Below are positions 9,970 through 17,550 of a DNA stretch of 32,000 bases, piece after piece. This stretch comes from Vibrio vulnificus CMCP6. Its GTDB lineage: Bacteria > Pseudomonadota > Gammaproteobacteria > Enterobacterales > Vibrionaceae. Location: the NCBI RefSeq assembly GCF_000039765.1, contig NC_004460.2, positions 750,001 to 782,000 of the forward strand, written 5' to 3'. The notes beneath the pieces were generated by a model, which saw only the letters and a program-made list of their open reading frames with translations, did not search any database and was not told the origin of the DNA. The number at the start of each line of letters is the position of its first letter. Position 1 is the first letter of the stretch. The translations under genes and the position numbers were made by a program.

Positions 9970-10117
9970 CAGTAATTCTCTATTTTGCGTTACGCTAATT
10001 TGCGAAAGTATACCATTTAATTGAACATTTAATACATGCCAAGCAAGCGGCTTTGATGTGATGGATGCACCTCCCTTCTTGCATTGTTGTACCACACGAC
10101 AGGTACAGCCATTAAGA

Positions 10118-10200
10118 GCCGAAGTAACAGCCATGTCGATTAAAGTTGTTTTCCCAACCCCACCTTTTGGATTTGCGGCACTAATAGCGTTAGTTTTCAT
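10118..10200 (-). pseudogene. ParA-like ATPase, N-terminal remnant
   Basis: MKTNAISAANPKGGVGKTTLIDMAVTSALNG contains the deviant Walker A KGGVGKTT; similarity stops after about 31 codons and the frame runs into non-ParA sequence and then the HlyD ORF. Confidence 0.75.
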
Positions 10201-10538
10201 AACAAACACAAAGATGTATTACATATATAATACACAAATAAGTTATAGGAAGTTCCTCTCAAGGGTCACTTGCACATCTGGCTCTATTCCCAGTCCAGCA
10301 GAAAACCCTATGTAGGTTCTCAAGCTAAAATTTTAAGAGCGATAGAAATATGGCTCTTAAACATCAATAGAATCAGCACCAACAAAGCTGGATCACTTTT
10401 GAGTCAACTTCTAGAGCCTTCTCTCACCGCTTCTATTGCAAAGTTATGCTCACCAATTACGGGCCTAATTTCTTAAAGCTACGTAACGAGGTCAGTTATC
10501 TCTATGCTGAGTTCCCTTTAGACAGTGTCGCTTCAGGG

Positions 10539-10691
10539 CTATTGAGTCGCATCGCTCTGATACTCCGCAAGCACCAAGCTCATTAAATAAATACCGATTT
10601 CAGCACGACCTGTAGCTTTTGTTTCCATGGCAACAGAATCAATAATAAAACTCATCACTTCAACTAGGTGGTTGTCTTGTAAAGATGACAT
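10539..10691 (-). CDS. Small hypothetical protein (50 aa) downstream of rep; not in supplied ORF track
   Basis: MSSLQDNHLVEVMSFIIDSVAMETKATGRAEIGIYLMSLVLAEYQSDATQ*, ggagag SD-like sequence 6-7 nt upstream of ATG. Confidence 0.45.
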   Translation of the reverse strand: MSSLQDNHLVEVMSFIIDSVAMETKATGRAEIGIYLMSLVLAEYQSDATQ

Positions 10692-10790
10692 ATACCTCTC
10701 CAATCAACGTTTGAATTTACCATTAGATACCGTTTTATAACTACGTAGTTGCGCAGAACATCACAACCTTTTGGTTGCAACTGCTTTTGT

Positions 10791-11969
10791 TCAAGGAAAT
10801 GACAGCTTAGACAAGGTGCTTTTTTGCTTCATCACATAACCCACAAGGTACGGCTCAACAGGAGCAGATATCTGATGTACAGCATCATTAACATGACAAA
10901 TCGGCCCATTTCGTTCGCTCATAGCAAGTGCAGACCTAACTCGTTCAAGTAAATAAACATAACGACTGACTGTCTGACGACACAGGTGAGCCATACGAGC
11001 CACGCTACCAATCGTAAGTGGTTGGTTGCTCCGTAGTAGACGTTGACAGGCATGGACAATACGACGAGCTGTATTCGTTCGGCGTATCCGGTGCGTTCTC
11101 TTGGCTGCTCTTCGCTGCCTTTCATGCAAACTTAAGCCTCTATCCAGTTTCATCACGCCGCGCTGACAGTCTGCTCTGGCAAAATACTTATCCCAAGTCC
11201 AACGAGATACGCTTTTCACTAGTGCCTGAACCTCACTACTTGGCAACGGTGGACTTTCCGGCATAGCGCTAACATTTTTGTAGCGTGCAAACCCCTCGAT
11301 CCGTGCTTTAAAATCGATATAACATCCCCGCTCTCGTGCCTTGCCAACAATGCTGTAAGCGTACTGGCGGGTGTGTTCAAACAATGTGCAGTTTCGGGAG
11401 TAGGAAGTATCATGTGCTTTTCGTTGCCACAAACGATCTGTCTCTAGTTCAAGGAAATCTGCAAGCTCACCAAGCTCAAAAACACTTCGGTGGAGTTCGG
11501 TCGTCAGCCAGTCAGCATGAAAAGGCGTTTTGGCCACTGGACCACAGTAGCTCAAATCAGCCTCTAGCCTTAATGCAAGCGCTCGATAAATGGCTTGGTA
11601 ATAAGCGATAGGTTTGGCGTTTGCGTTATCACTGGTGCAAACAGGCACAATGGCATAAAAAAGATGGGCTTTGTTGCTGGTGCGATCGCGCACAATCAAG
11701 TTCGGCGGTGGCAACCCTTCATCTTGCCAGATGTAGGGATTTGGCAAGACACGGTGTTCATGATCAATATCGAACACCATCCAAGCCTTCATATCTCTTC
11801 GATTAACTTGCATGTATGGCCACTTTACAGCGTAATCACGTGGCCTAACGAGCATAGCGGTTTTATTATCACTACACCTCGAAAAATAAGGCGCTTCCTC
11901 AATCAAGCGTGTTTTCAACGAATGCAATTGGGCTGTGATATGAGCCTGGTCAGAACGAATCACCGTCAT
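10791..11969 (-). CDS. ColE2-family replication initiator (Rep/primase-like; ORF extends to 12020)
   Basis: Pattern KAWMVFDIDH...PPPNLIVRDRTSNKAHLFYAI...YYQAIYRALALRLEADLSYCGPVAKTPFHADWLT...LGELADFLEL matches my recollection of ColE2-type Rep proteins; C-terminal HTH-like GSVARMAHLCRQTVSRYVYLL. Confidence 0.8.
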   Translation of the reverse strand: MTVIRSDQAHITAQLHSLKTRLIEEAPYFSRCSDNKTAMLVRPRDYAVKWPYMQVNRRDMKAWMVFDIDHEHRVLPNPYIWQDEGLPPPNLIVRDRTSNKAHLFYAIVPVCTSDNANAKPIAYYQAIYRALALRLEADLSYCGPVAKTPFHADWLTTELHRSVFELGELADFLELETDRLWQRKAHDTSYSRNCTLFEHTRQYAYSIVGKARERGCYIDFKARIEGFARYKNVSAMPESPPLPSSEVQALVKSVSRWTWDKYFARADCQRGVMKLDRGLSLHERQRRAAKRTHRIRRTNTARRIVHACQRLLRSNQPLTIGSVARMAHLCRQTVSRYVYLLERVRSALAMSERNGPICHVNDAVHQISAPVEPYLVGYVMKQKSTLSKLSFP

Positions 11970-11976
11970 AATAAAT

Positions 11977-12198
11977 TCAACACAGTTTGCTTCTGAGTGC
12001 GTCAGAGAGTGCAAGGCCAAGCACTACCGTCATCGTGGTGAATATCATCATGCTGGCTGAATTGTGTTTAATTAGATCTCTCGATCGAACATTGATAGCA
12101 ATGCCCTCTTCAGCGTCACTTTCTAAGACTAAATTGAGAGAATGGGTACATTCTTGAGTTGCCTTATGGTTTAAGGCCTCAAATCCTTGATGGTTCAC
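11977..12198 (-). CDS. Hypothetical protein (73 aa) immediately upstream of rep
   Basis: GTG start preceded by aagg; stop lies 7 nt before the internal Met (11969) proposed as Rep start. Confidence 0.45.
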   Translation of the reverse strand: MNHQGFEALNHKATQECTHSLNLVLESDAEEGIAINVRSRDLIKHNSASMMIFTTMTVVLGLALSDALRSKLC

Positions 12199-12270
12199 AG
12201 GGTTTACCTTGTCTAGCCCCCTCCCAAGTTAGGAGGAGCCATTGGCACAAATCAGGCTAATGTATAAAAC

Positions 12271-12534
12271 CTAAAGCCAACGTTCTCTGATCTTGTCTAT
12301 TCGCTTTTCGACACCAAGTAAACGTATTCGCAGACGCACTTGCGCCAACAAATGAAGTGTGTGGTGTAACTGGCGAATTAAGCTCTGCTGCTCTTGTAAT
12401 AACGGGGAAAGTTGACGCCGATAGAGCTCATGTCGAATTTGCCTGATATTTATAAGTCCTCTGCGTATGTCGTTCTCTGTCAACAAGCGAGAATACTTAT
12501 CTGGGCATGGTTTATGGTAATGAACTACGGACAT
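12271..12534 (-). CDS. Hypothetical basic, likely helical protein (87 aa)
   Basis: ATG with ggag SD-like sequence; co-directional between cII-like gene and rep with short spacing. Confidence 0.5.
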   Translation of the reverse strand: MSVVHYHKPCPDKYSRLLTENDIRRGLINIRQIRHELYRRQLSPLLQEQQSLIRQLHHTLHLLAQVRLRIRLLGVEKRIDKIRERWL

Positions 12535-12557
12535 CGCTCCTCCAAATTAATACACGC

Positions 12558-13073
12558 TTACCCTGCCCTGACGACAGACTCAATCTCCATACATGGAGAG
12601 ACATCTTGATTGAGTTTTTCAAGGCTATTGATGATCAAAACATGGTTACTGATACTGGCCTGTGCCGTCTGAACAATCTTATGTTTCATCGTTCGACTCA
12701 ACTCTTGCTTACCAACACAATCAAGCGCCATACGAGACAACTCACCGGAATAAATGGCGTTATCCACTGCCCGTCGCAACAAAGTTGCTTCAGTTTCGTC
12801 AGGGGGAATATGAGCTGTTACTACACCCAGTCCTATAAGTAACACGTTCACAATGGAGTGATTCCCACTTATTTTTGAGATCGTAATGAGCTCTGTACAG
12901 CTGAGAACATGAGGTTGCTCGGGGTTGAGTTTATTGCGAAGCATCGTCGCATTCATTCCAAGACGTTCTGCTAGCTGAGCCATGTTTTCCGTTCTCGCAA
13001 AAGCACAACACGCTTCGTTAAATGCCTTTTGTTTAGAACCAAGAAAGTCGCACCTTAAGTCAATGTCGTCCAT
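12558..13073 (-). CDS. Phage CII-like regulatory protein
   Basis: MDDIDLRCDFLGSKQKAFNEACCAFARTENMAQLAERLGMNATMLRNKLNPEQPHVLSCTELITISKISG is the CII (P2/K139-like) pattern; ORF is open to 13118 but internal ATG at 13073 is likelier. Confidence 0.8.
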   Translation of the reverse strand: MDDIDLRCDFLGSKQKAFNEACCAFARTENMAQLAERLGMNATMLRNKLNPEQPHVLSCTELITISKISGNHSIVNVLLIGLGVVTAHIPPDETEATLLRRAVDNAIYSGELSRMALDCVGKQELSRTMKHKIVQTAQASISNHVLIINSLEKLNQDVSPCMEIESVVRAG

Positions 13074-13185
13074 AGCGAATACTCGATTGAAGAAAAATGG
13101 TATGAAAACGAAACCCAACCAAGAATGTGAGCCACAATGGGCAATGTCCCTTGGTTGGAATTAAGGAACATAAGCGCATGATGAC

Positions 13186-13398
13186 CTATCCCATTCGTTG
13201 CAACGTTTCTCTTGTTGCCATTTCAAGTAACTCGACCATATTGATTAAAGGAGTTTCTTTAGCTTTAGCTTTCTCTTTAATGGGTAAGCGACCGTCTGAG
13301 ACCCAATCCATGATGGTGCGTTTGGGCATGCCAGAGAACTGAGAATACTGGTCGTAAGTCATATACGGGGTATTTAGGACTACTTGATATGAAAGCAT
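13186..13398 (-). CDS. Cox/excisionase-like small DNA-binding protein
   Basis: 70 aa: MTYDQYSQFSGMPKRTIMDWVSDGRLPIK helix-turn-helix-like; position divergent from CI and upstream of CII as in P2-like switch regions. Confidence 0.7.
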   Translation of the reverse strand: MLSYQVVLNTPYMTYDQYSQFSGMPKRTIMDWVSDGRLPIKEKAKAKETPLINMVELLEMATRETLQRMG

Positions 13399-13427
13399 AG
13401 TGGTATCCTTGTAAGTGATTGAATGTT

Positions 13428-13498
13428 AATAAACGATCTAGCGAGCCGCAGCTCATAACTAGTTCGTATGCGAGAGATTATTGATCGTATATGCGAGA
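13428..13498. promoter_or_regulatory. CI/Cox divergent switch region with candidate operators
   Basis: Repeated motif TCGTATGCGAGAG (13465-) and TCGTATATGCGAGAA (13485-), plus a weaker CGATCTAGCGAG (13434-) between the divergent regulators. Confidence 0.5.
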
Positions 13499-14099
13499 AA
13501 AACAAGCTCAGCTATCCGCTTTTGAATATCAAGGTGGAAAGCATGTCACAGAAAGATTGTGTAAGGCACTGGATGCAAAGAACTTAAGTGAGCTTTCGAG
13601 CATCCTAAATATACCTACTTCAACAATGTCTACATGGCATAAGCGCGAGCTATGTCCTTTCGAAGTAGTGATTAGAGCTCATATGTATACAGGCGTGTCG
13701 GTACGTTGGTTGACGCTTGGTGAAGGTGAACCCTTCCCAAATCGAACGGAGCGAACTGAATCTAACCTCCTTTTCGAAATCGACTCGCACAAAGTTCTCA
13801 ATGGCGAGCTAGTTTCCCATGAAGTTCTCATTTTCGACAAAACCATATTAGATGACGCTTCAGTCACTAACATTATGGCAATTCGCGATGGCGAAAAGAC
13901 TTACATCATTGATAAAGAAACACATCAAGCTGTAAGCGGAACTTATCTAGTCGATATGGACGGCCTTCTATCGCTGAACGAGATCCAGCGTTTACCAGGT
14001 AAGAAACTGGCGATTAGCTTTAATGGATCAACTCTTACAGTTGAAGAGGATGAGGTTAAGGTTGTTGGTAGGGTTGTGTTGGTGGTTGATAAAGTATGA
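13491..14099 (+). CDS. Phage CI-like repressor
   Basis: Helix-turn-helix domain GGKHVTERLCKALDAKNLSELSSILNIPTSTMSTWHKRE...VRWLTLGEGEPF; C-terminal peptidase-S24-like fold region. Confidence 0.85.
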   Translation: MREKQAQLSAFEYQGGKHVTERLCKALDAKNLSELSSILNIPTSTMSTWHKRELCPFEVVIRAHMYTGVSVRWLTLGEGEPFPNRTERTESNLLFEIDSHKVLNGELVSHEVLIFDKTILDDASVTNIMAIRDGEKTYIIDKETHQAVSGTYLVDMDGLLSLNEIQRLPGKKLAISFNGSTLTVEEDEVKVVGRVVLVVDKV

Positions 14100-14136
14100 A
14101 AAGCAATATGAAATCAAGTTAAAGAGTGTCTACTGA

Positions 14137-14292
14137 TTTGGTGGCTATTCAGATCCTGTAGTGAAAGCCTGGATTCTACTTCGAGCTAGCGGTATATTTG
14201 AATGTCGCAATAAGCCTGCGCCTTTTTTGACAGCCTCAGGTAGACCATACCTGGAAGTCCACCATTTGATTCGGTTAATCGATGATGGTCCT
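14137..14292 (+). pseudogene. HNH endonuclease remnant (middle portion only)
   Basis: FGGYSDPVVKAWILLRASGIFECRNKPAPFLTASGRPYLEVHHLIRLIDDGP resembles the HNH-family core up to the LEVHH...DDGP motif; in-frame TGA immediately upstream, and the CPNCH-type half is absent. Confidence 0.75.
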
Positions 14293-14644
14293 GTTAGCAC
14301 GCCGTTGTCACCGTCAGATCCTTTGTTTTTATCTGCAACTGACAAGTCTGGGCATGGTGACCCACCAATGAAACCCGTAAGTGCTTCTTTCTTAGCTTTT
14401 GTTACCAGTTCAGTTAAATGTTTGGCCTCTTCACCAGTTACGAGATCATCTATTGAACCATGGTAGTAACCATATTTTGGCTCAGGAATGCCTATTTGTT
14501 CTCTGGAGTACTTATATGCGTCTAGAAAAGGCTATGGAATTCGTTGATAAAACGCACATCAAAACCTGAGCGTTCGAAGCCTAAATCTAAAAATCCACTA
14601 CCAGAGAAAAATAAGAAAATTATTGGTCGTTGTTGAGCTGACAA
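14290..14644 (-). pseudogene. DNA (cytosine-5-)-methyltransferase, frameshifted N-terminal remnant
   Basis: TTG start with aagg upstream: SAQQRPIIFLFFSGSGFLDLGFERSGFDVRFINEFH, then shifted frame: FLDAYKYSREQIGIPEPKYGYHGSIDDLVTGEEAKHLTELVTKAKKEALTGFIGGSPCPDLSVADKNKGSDGDNGVLTG. This has motif I-like FFSGSGFLDLGFE and motif IV PCPDLS, ending at the junction with the HNH remnant. Confidence 0.85.
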
Positions 14645-14850
14645 ATAAGAGCCTTTCTTAATTGTTAATTCTATCGTTAAACAGTATCCAACCCGCCATA
14701 ATACATTATAGCTACGGCAGCTAAAACAGGACTCTACTTTAGATAGACGGTTTGAGGGATGGAGGGATTGTTTTAAAGTCGCGACATAAAACATTGCAGT
14801 ACATACAAACACATTTAAACTGTATTTATATACAGAAAAACGAGCTAACT

Positions 14851-15882
14851 ATGTCTATCCGCAACTTAAAAGATGGGTCTAAAAAACCCTGGTTCTGCGA
14901 GTGTTACCTAAATGGTCGCCAGGGCAAAAGAGTTAGAAAGCGATTCGCGACTAAAGGCGAAGCCGCCGCTTTTGAGCGCTTTGTGACTAGAGAGATCGAA
15001 GACAAGCCCTGGGAAGGCGATAAACCCGATCACCGTAGGCTTACTCAACTGATAGAGATTTGGTTTACACGCTACGGAGTCACACTTGCTAATGGTGCAG
15101 TGGTGTACAGCAAGCTACTCAAGATGTCAGATGCGATGGGTAATCCAGTCGCTCCCCTTCTCAATGCCAAGTTGTATTCGGAATTTCGTAGTCAGCGTAT
15201 GCATGGTCAGATTAGTTTTGTCGACCACAGGTGGCAAAAAGGTGCACCGAGTATCGCGACACTCAACTCTGAACTCGCCAGATTTAAGGCGGTATTCAGC
15301 AAACTTAAGGAACTGGGTGAATGGAAACTGGCCAATCCTGTAGAAGAAGTAAAACCATTTAAAGATCACGAACGCAGCATGGCTTTCTTACACGAAGGAC
15401 AGATATCCCTGTTGCTTGAGCTAGTTGCACAACACAATCGTAAGGATATGCTCAAGATTGTGAAACTTTGCCTGGCCACCGGAGCACGTTGGAATGAGGC
15501 AGCGCAACTTAACGGCTCTCAGCTCACTAAATTCAAAGTCACTTATACCAACACAAAAACAAAGAAGAATCGCTCTGTACCCATCGCTGAAGAGCTATAT
15601 AACGAGATCCATAAGCCAACTACTGGCAAGTTGTTTGAAGAGTGCTATACGCCTTTCTGCTACATTCTGAAGAATAAACTTGGCATTACCCTCCCATCAG
15701 GTCAAGCTTCGCACGTTCTGCGCCATTCATTCGCCAGCCACTTTATGATGAATGGTGGCAACATTCTTGTCCTGAGAGACATCCTTGGCCATGCCGATAT
15801 AAGCATGACAATGCGTTATGCCCACTTCGCACCTGATCACTTGTCTGAGGCGATCACTCGCAACCCACTCGCGAATTTATAG
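14851..15882 (+). CDS. int: Tyrosine recombinase / phage integrase
   Basis: MSIRNLKDGSKKPWFCECYLNGRQGKRVRKRF...; catalytic motifs TGARWNE, HVLRHSFASHFMMNGG, LGHADISMTMRYAHFAPDHL. Confidence 0.93.
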   Translation: MSIRNLKDGSKKPWFCECYLNGRQGKRVRKRFATKGEAAAFERFVTREIEDKPWEGDKPDHRRLTQLIEIWFTRYGVTLANGAVVYSKLLKMSDAMGNPVAPLLNAKLYSEFRSQRMHGQISFVDHRWQKGAPSIATLNSELARFKAVFSKLKELGEWKLANPVEEVKPFKDHERSMAFLHEGQISLLLELVAQHNRKDMLKIVKLCLATGARWNEAAQLNGSQLTKFKVTYTNTKTKKNRSVPIAEELYNEIHKPTTGKLFEECYTPFCYILKNKLGITLPSGQASHVLRHSFASHFMMNGGNILVLRDILGHADISMTMRYAHFAPDHLSEAITRNPLANL

Positions 15883-15909
15883 TCATCGCCATAAAATTTT
15901 TTCTGCGGC

Positions 15910-15931
15910 TGTCGCCACTTTGTCGCCACTT
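15910..15931 (+). repeat. Tandem 11-bp direct repeat TGTCGCCACTT x2
   Basis: TGTCGCCACTTTGTCGCCACTT directly 3' of int. Confidence 0.9.
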
Positions 15932-15945
15932 GCCAAATTTAGGAC

Positions 15946-15975
15946 AAAAAAAGAGCCGCTAAAAGCGGCTCTTAA
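15946..15975 (-). terminator. Rho-independent terminator of guaC
   Basis: On the minus strand AAGAGCCGCttttaGCGGCTCTT followed by TTTTT, between int and guaC. Confidence 0.85.
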
Positions 15976-16001
15976 TAATTCGTTATTTCCGAAGTGTTGT
16001 C

Positions 16002-17048
16002 TTACTTCTCTTTACCAAACACATTGTTCTCTTGCTCAAGAACGCGGATGAATGTGGTGCGTTTTGTTAGCTCGCGAAGCTCCGCTGCGCCTACGTAGGT
16101 ACAGGTTGAGCGTACGCCGCCAAGGATGTCTTGAATGGTGCCGTGAACACTGCCACGGTAAGGCAACAGTACGGTTTTTCCTTCTGCAGCGCGATAGCCT
16201 GCAACACCACCAGAATGCTTGTCCATCGCGCTCTTTGAAGACATGCCGTAGAATTTCATGTAACTTTCGCCGTCTTTTAGCACGATTTCACCGCCTGATT
16301 CTTCGTGGCCAGCGAGCATGCCGCCTAACATCACGAAATCTGCACCGCCGCCGAAGGCTTTCGCTACATCACCTGCACACGCACAACCACCGTCACCGAT
16401 AATACGGCCACCAAGACCGTGCGCGGCATCGGCACACTCAATAATGGCAGAAAGCTGAGGGTAACCAACGCCCGTTTTCACGCGAGTGGTACATACTGAA
16501 CCTGGGCCGATACCCACTTTAACGATGTCTGCGCCAGCAAGGATCAGCTCTTCTACCATATCGCCAGTGACGACGTTACCGGCTGAGATCACTTTGTCTG
16601 GGAACGCGGCGCGAACTTGCTGAACGTATTGCACTAGGTGCTCTGAATAGCCGTTGGCGATATCGATACAGATGAAAATCAGCTCATCGGAAAGCGCCAT
16701 GACATCTTTGGTTTTTTGGAAGTCAGCTTCCGATGTGCCGGTTGAAACCATTACTTTGTTCAAGGTTTCGCTGTCAGCGTCTTTGACGAAATCGGCCCAA
16801 TCTTGAACGGTGTAGTGTTTGTGGATGGCGGTCATTACACCGTGCTGAGAAAGTGCTTTCGCCATTTCGAAGCTGCCCACAGAGTCCATATTGGCAGCAA
16901 TGACAGGCACGCCAGACCATTGACGACCACTATGTTTGAATGTAAACTCGCGGGTTAAATTTACTTGAGAACGGCTTTTCAGGGTAGAACGTTTCGGGCG
17001 AAACAGGACATCTTTAAAACCTAACTTAAGTTCTTGTTCGATACGCAT
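16002..17048 (-). CDS. guaC: GMP reductase
   Basis: [29 protein letters not shown]...; [13 protein letters not shown] active-site loop; [33 protein letters not shown]. Confidence 0.96.
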   Translation of the reverse strand: MRIEQELKLGFKDVLFRPKRSTLKSRSQVNLTREFTFKHSGRQWSGVPVIAANMDSVGSFEMAKALSQHGVMTAIHKHYTVQDWADFVKDADSETLNKVMVSTGTSEADFQKTKDVMALSDELIFICIDIANGYSEHLVQYVQQVRAAFPDKVISAGNVVTGDMVEELILAGADIVKVGIGPGSVCTTRVKTGVGYPQLSAIIECADAAHGLGGRIIGDGGCACAGDVAKAFGGGADFVMLGGMLAGHEESGGEIVLKDGESYMKFYGMSSKSAMDKHSGGVAGYRAAEGKTVLLPYRGSVHGTIQDILGGVRSTCTYVGAAELRELTKRTTFIRVLEQENNVFGKEK

Positions 17049-17140
17049 TGTGTAATTCCTTGATTCATAACTTGTATGTGTCATCGCAGAGTGCGTAGTA
17101 ACCAAGTTGGCAGACGAGGTTACTGTTCTTCGGACACAAA

Positions 17141-17204
17141 AAAACCGGAGCGTTGGCAGACGCTCCGGTTTTCAGCATTATAGGTCGCGATTTTTTTTCG
17201 ACAA
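17141..17204 (-). promoter_or_regulatory. Strong promoter plus immediate terminator-like hairpin in guaC leader
   Basis: Minus strand TTGTCG-16 nt-TATAAT (17204..17177), then AAAACCGGAGCGT-ctgcca-ACGCTCCGGTTTT (17172..17141) followed by more T residues. Confidence 0.65.
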
Positions 17205-17550
17205 GTCTGATTTTTTAAATTTTTTTGTGCTACCATCGCAGAGATTCCATACCCACTCCCCCTGATTTCTCTCTTAATTTCTTTTTTATCTTTTAATTCA
17301 TGCCGTTAGTTAAGAAACCGTTCGCAAACGCTTGCGCAATGCTTTGGCTATTTGTTCACCCATATCCGTTTTTTTCTCAAGATGTGACCTAAACGAGGTG
17401 ATCGCTGCTTATCAACCTTCTCACTTTTTTGTTAACCCGCCTAAACTTTTAGTATGAAAAGCGGACTGTTTTTTGCTTAGTAAGGTATTAAGGAATAAAC
17501 AAGGAACACTTTTGCCGCTCGGCAAATGAACAACAAAGGCAGTGTCGATA

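Noticed and set aside
9118-10209. Apparent ParA-HlyD fusion protein suggested by the continuous minus-strand ORF.
   Set aside because: The ParA similarity is only 31 codons, the linking region is featureless, and the HlyD part has a plausible independent start (MSDTQ, 9969). Treated as two remnants/pseudogenes, not a fusion.
10326-10360. TTTAAGAGC...GCTCTTAAA dyad with some similarity to the guaC terminator stem, considered as attL.
   Set aside because: Only about 9 bp shared (GGCTCTTAA) and no flanking identity; insufficient to call an attachment site.
14145-14345. ORF on minus strand starting at internal TTG (MSVADKNKG...) as a stand-alone gene.
   Set aside because: It is the tail of the shifted methyltransferase frame running through the junction into antisense of the HNH remnant.
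10111-15976. 11-bp match ATTAAGAGCCG (10111-10121, plus) and its reverse complement CGGCTCTTAAT (15966-15976) as possible att pair.
   Set aside because: Copies are in inverted orientation, while integration by a tyrosine recombinase leaves direct repeats. One copy is inside ParA coding sequence and the other inside a terminator stem; likely chance.
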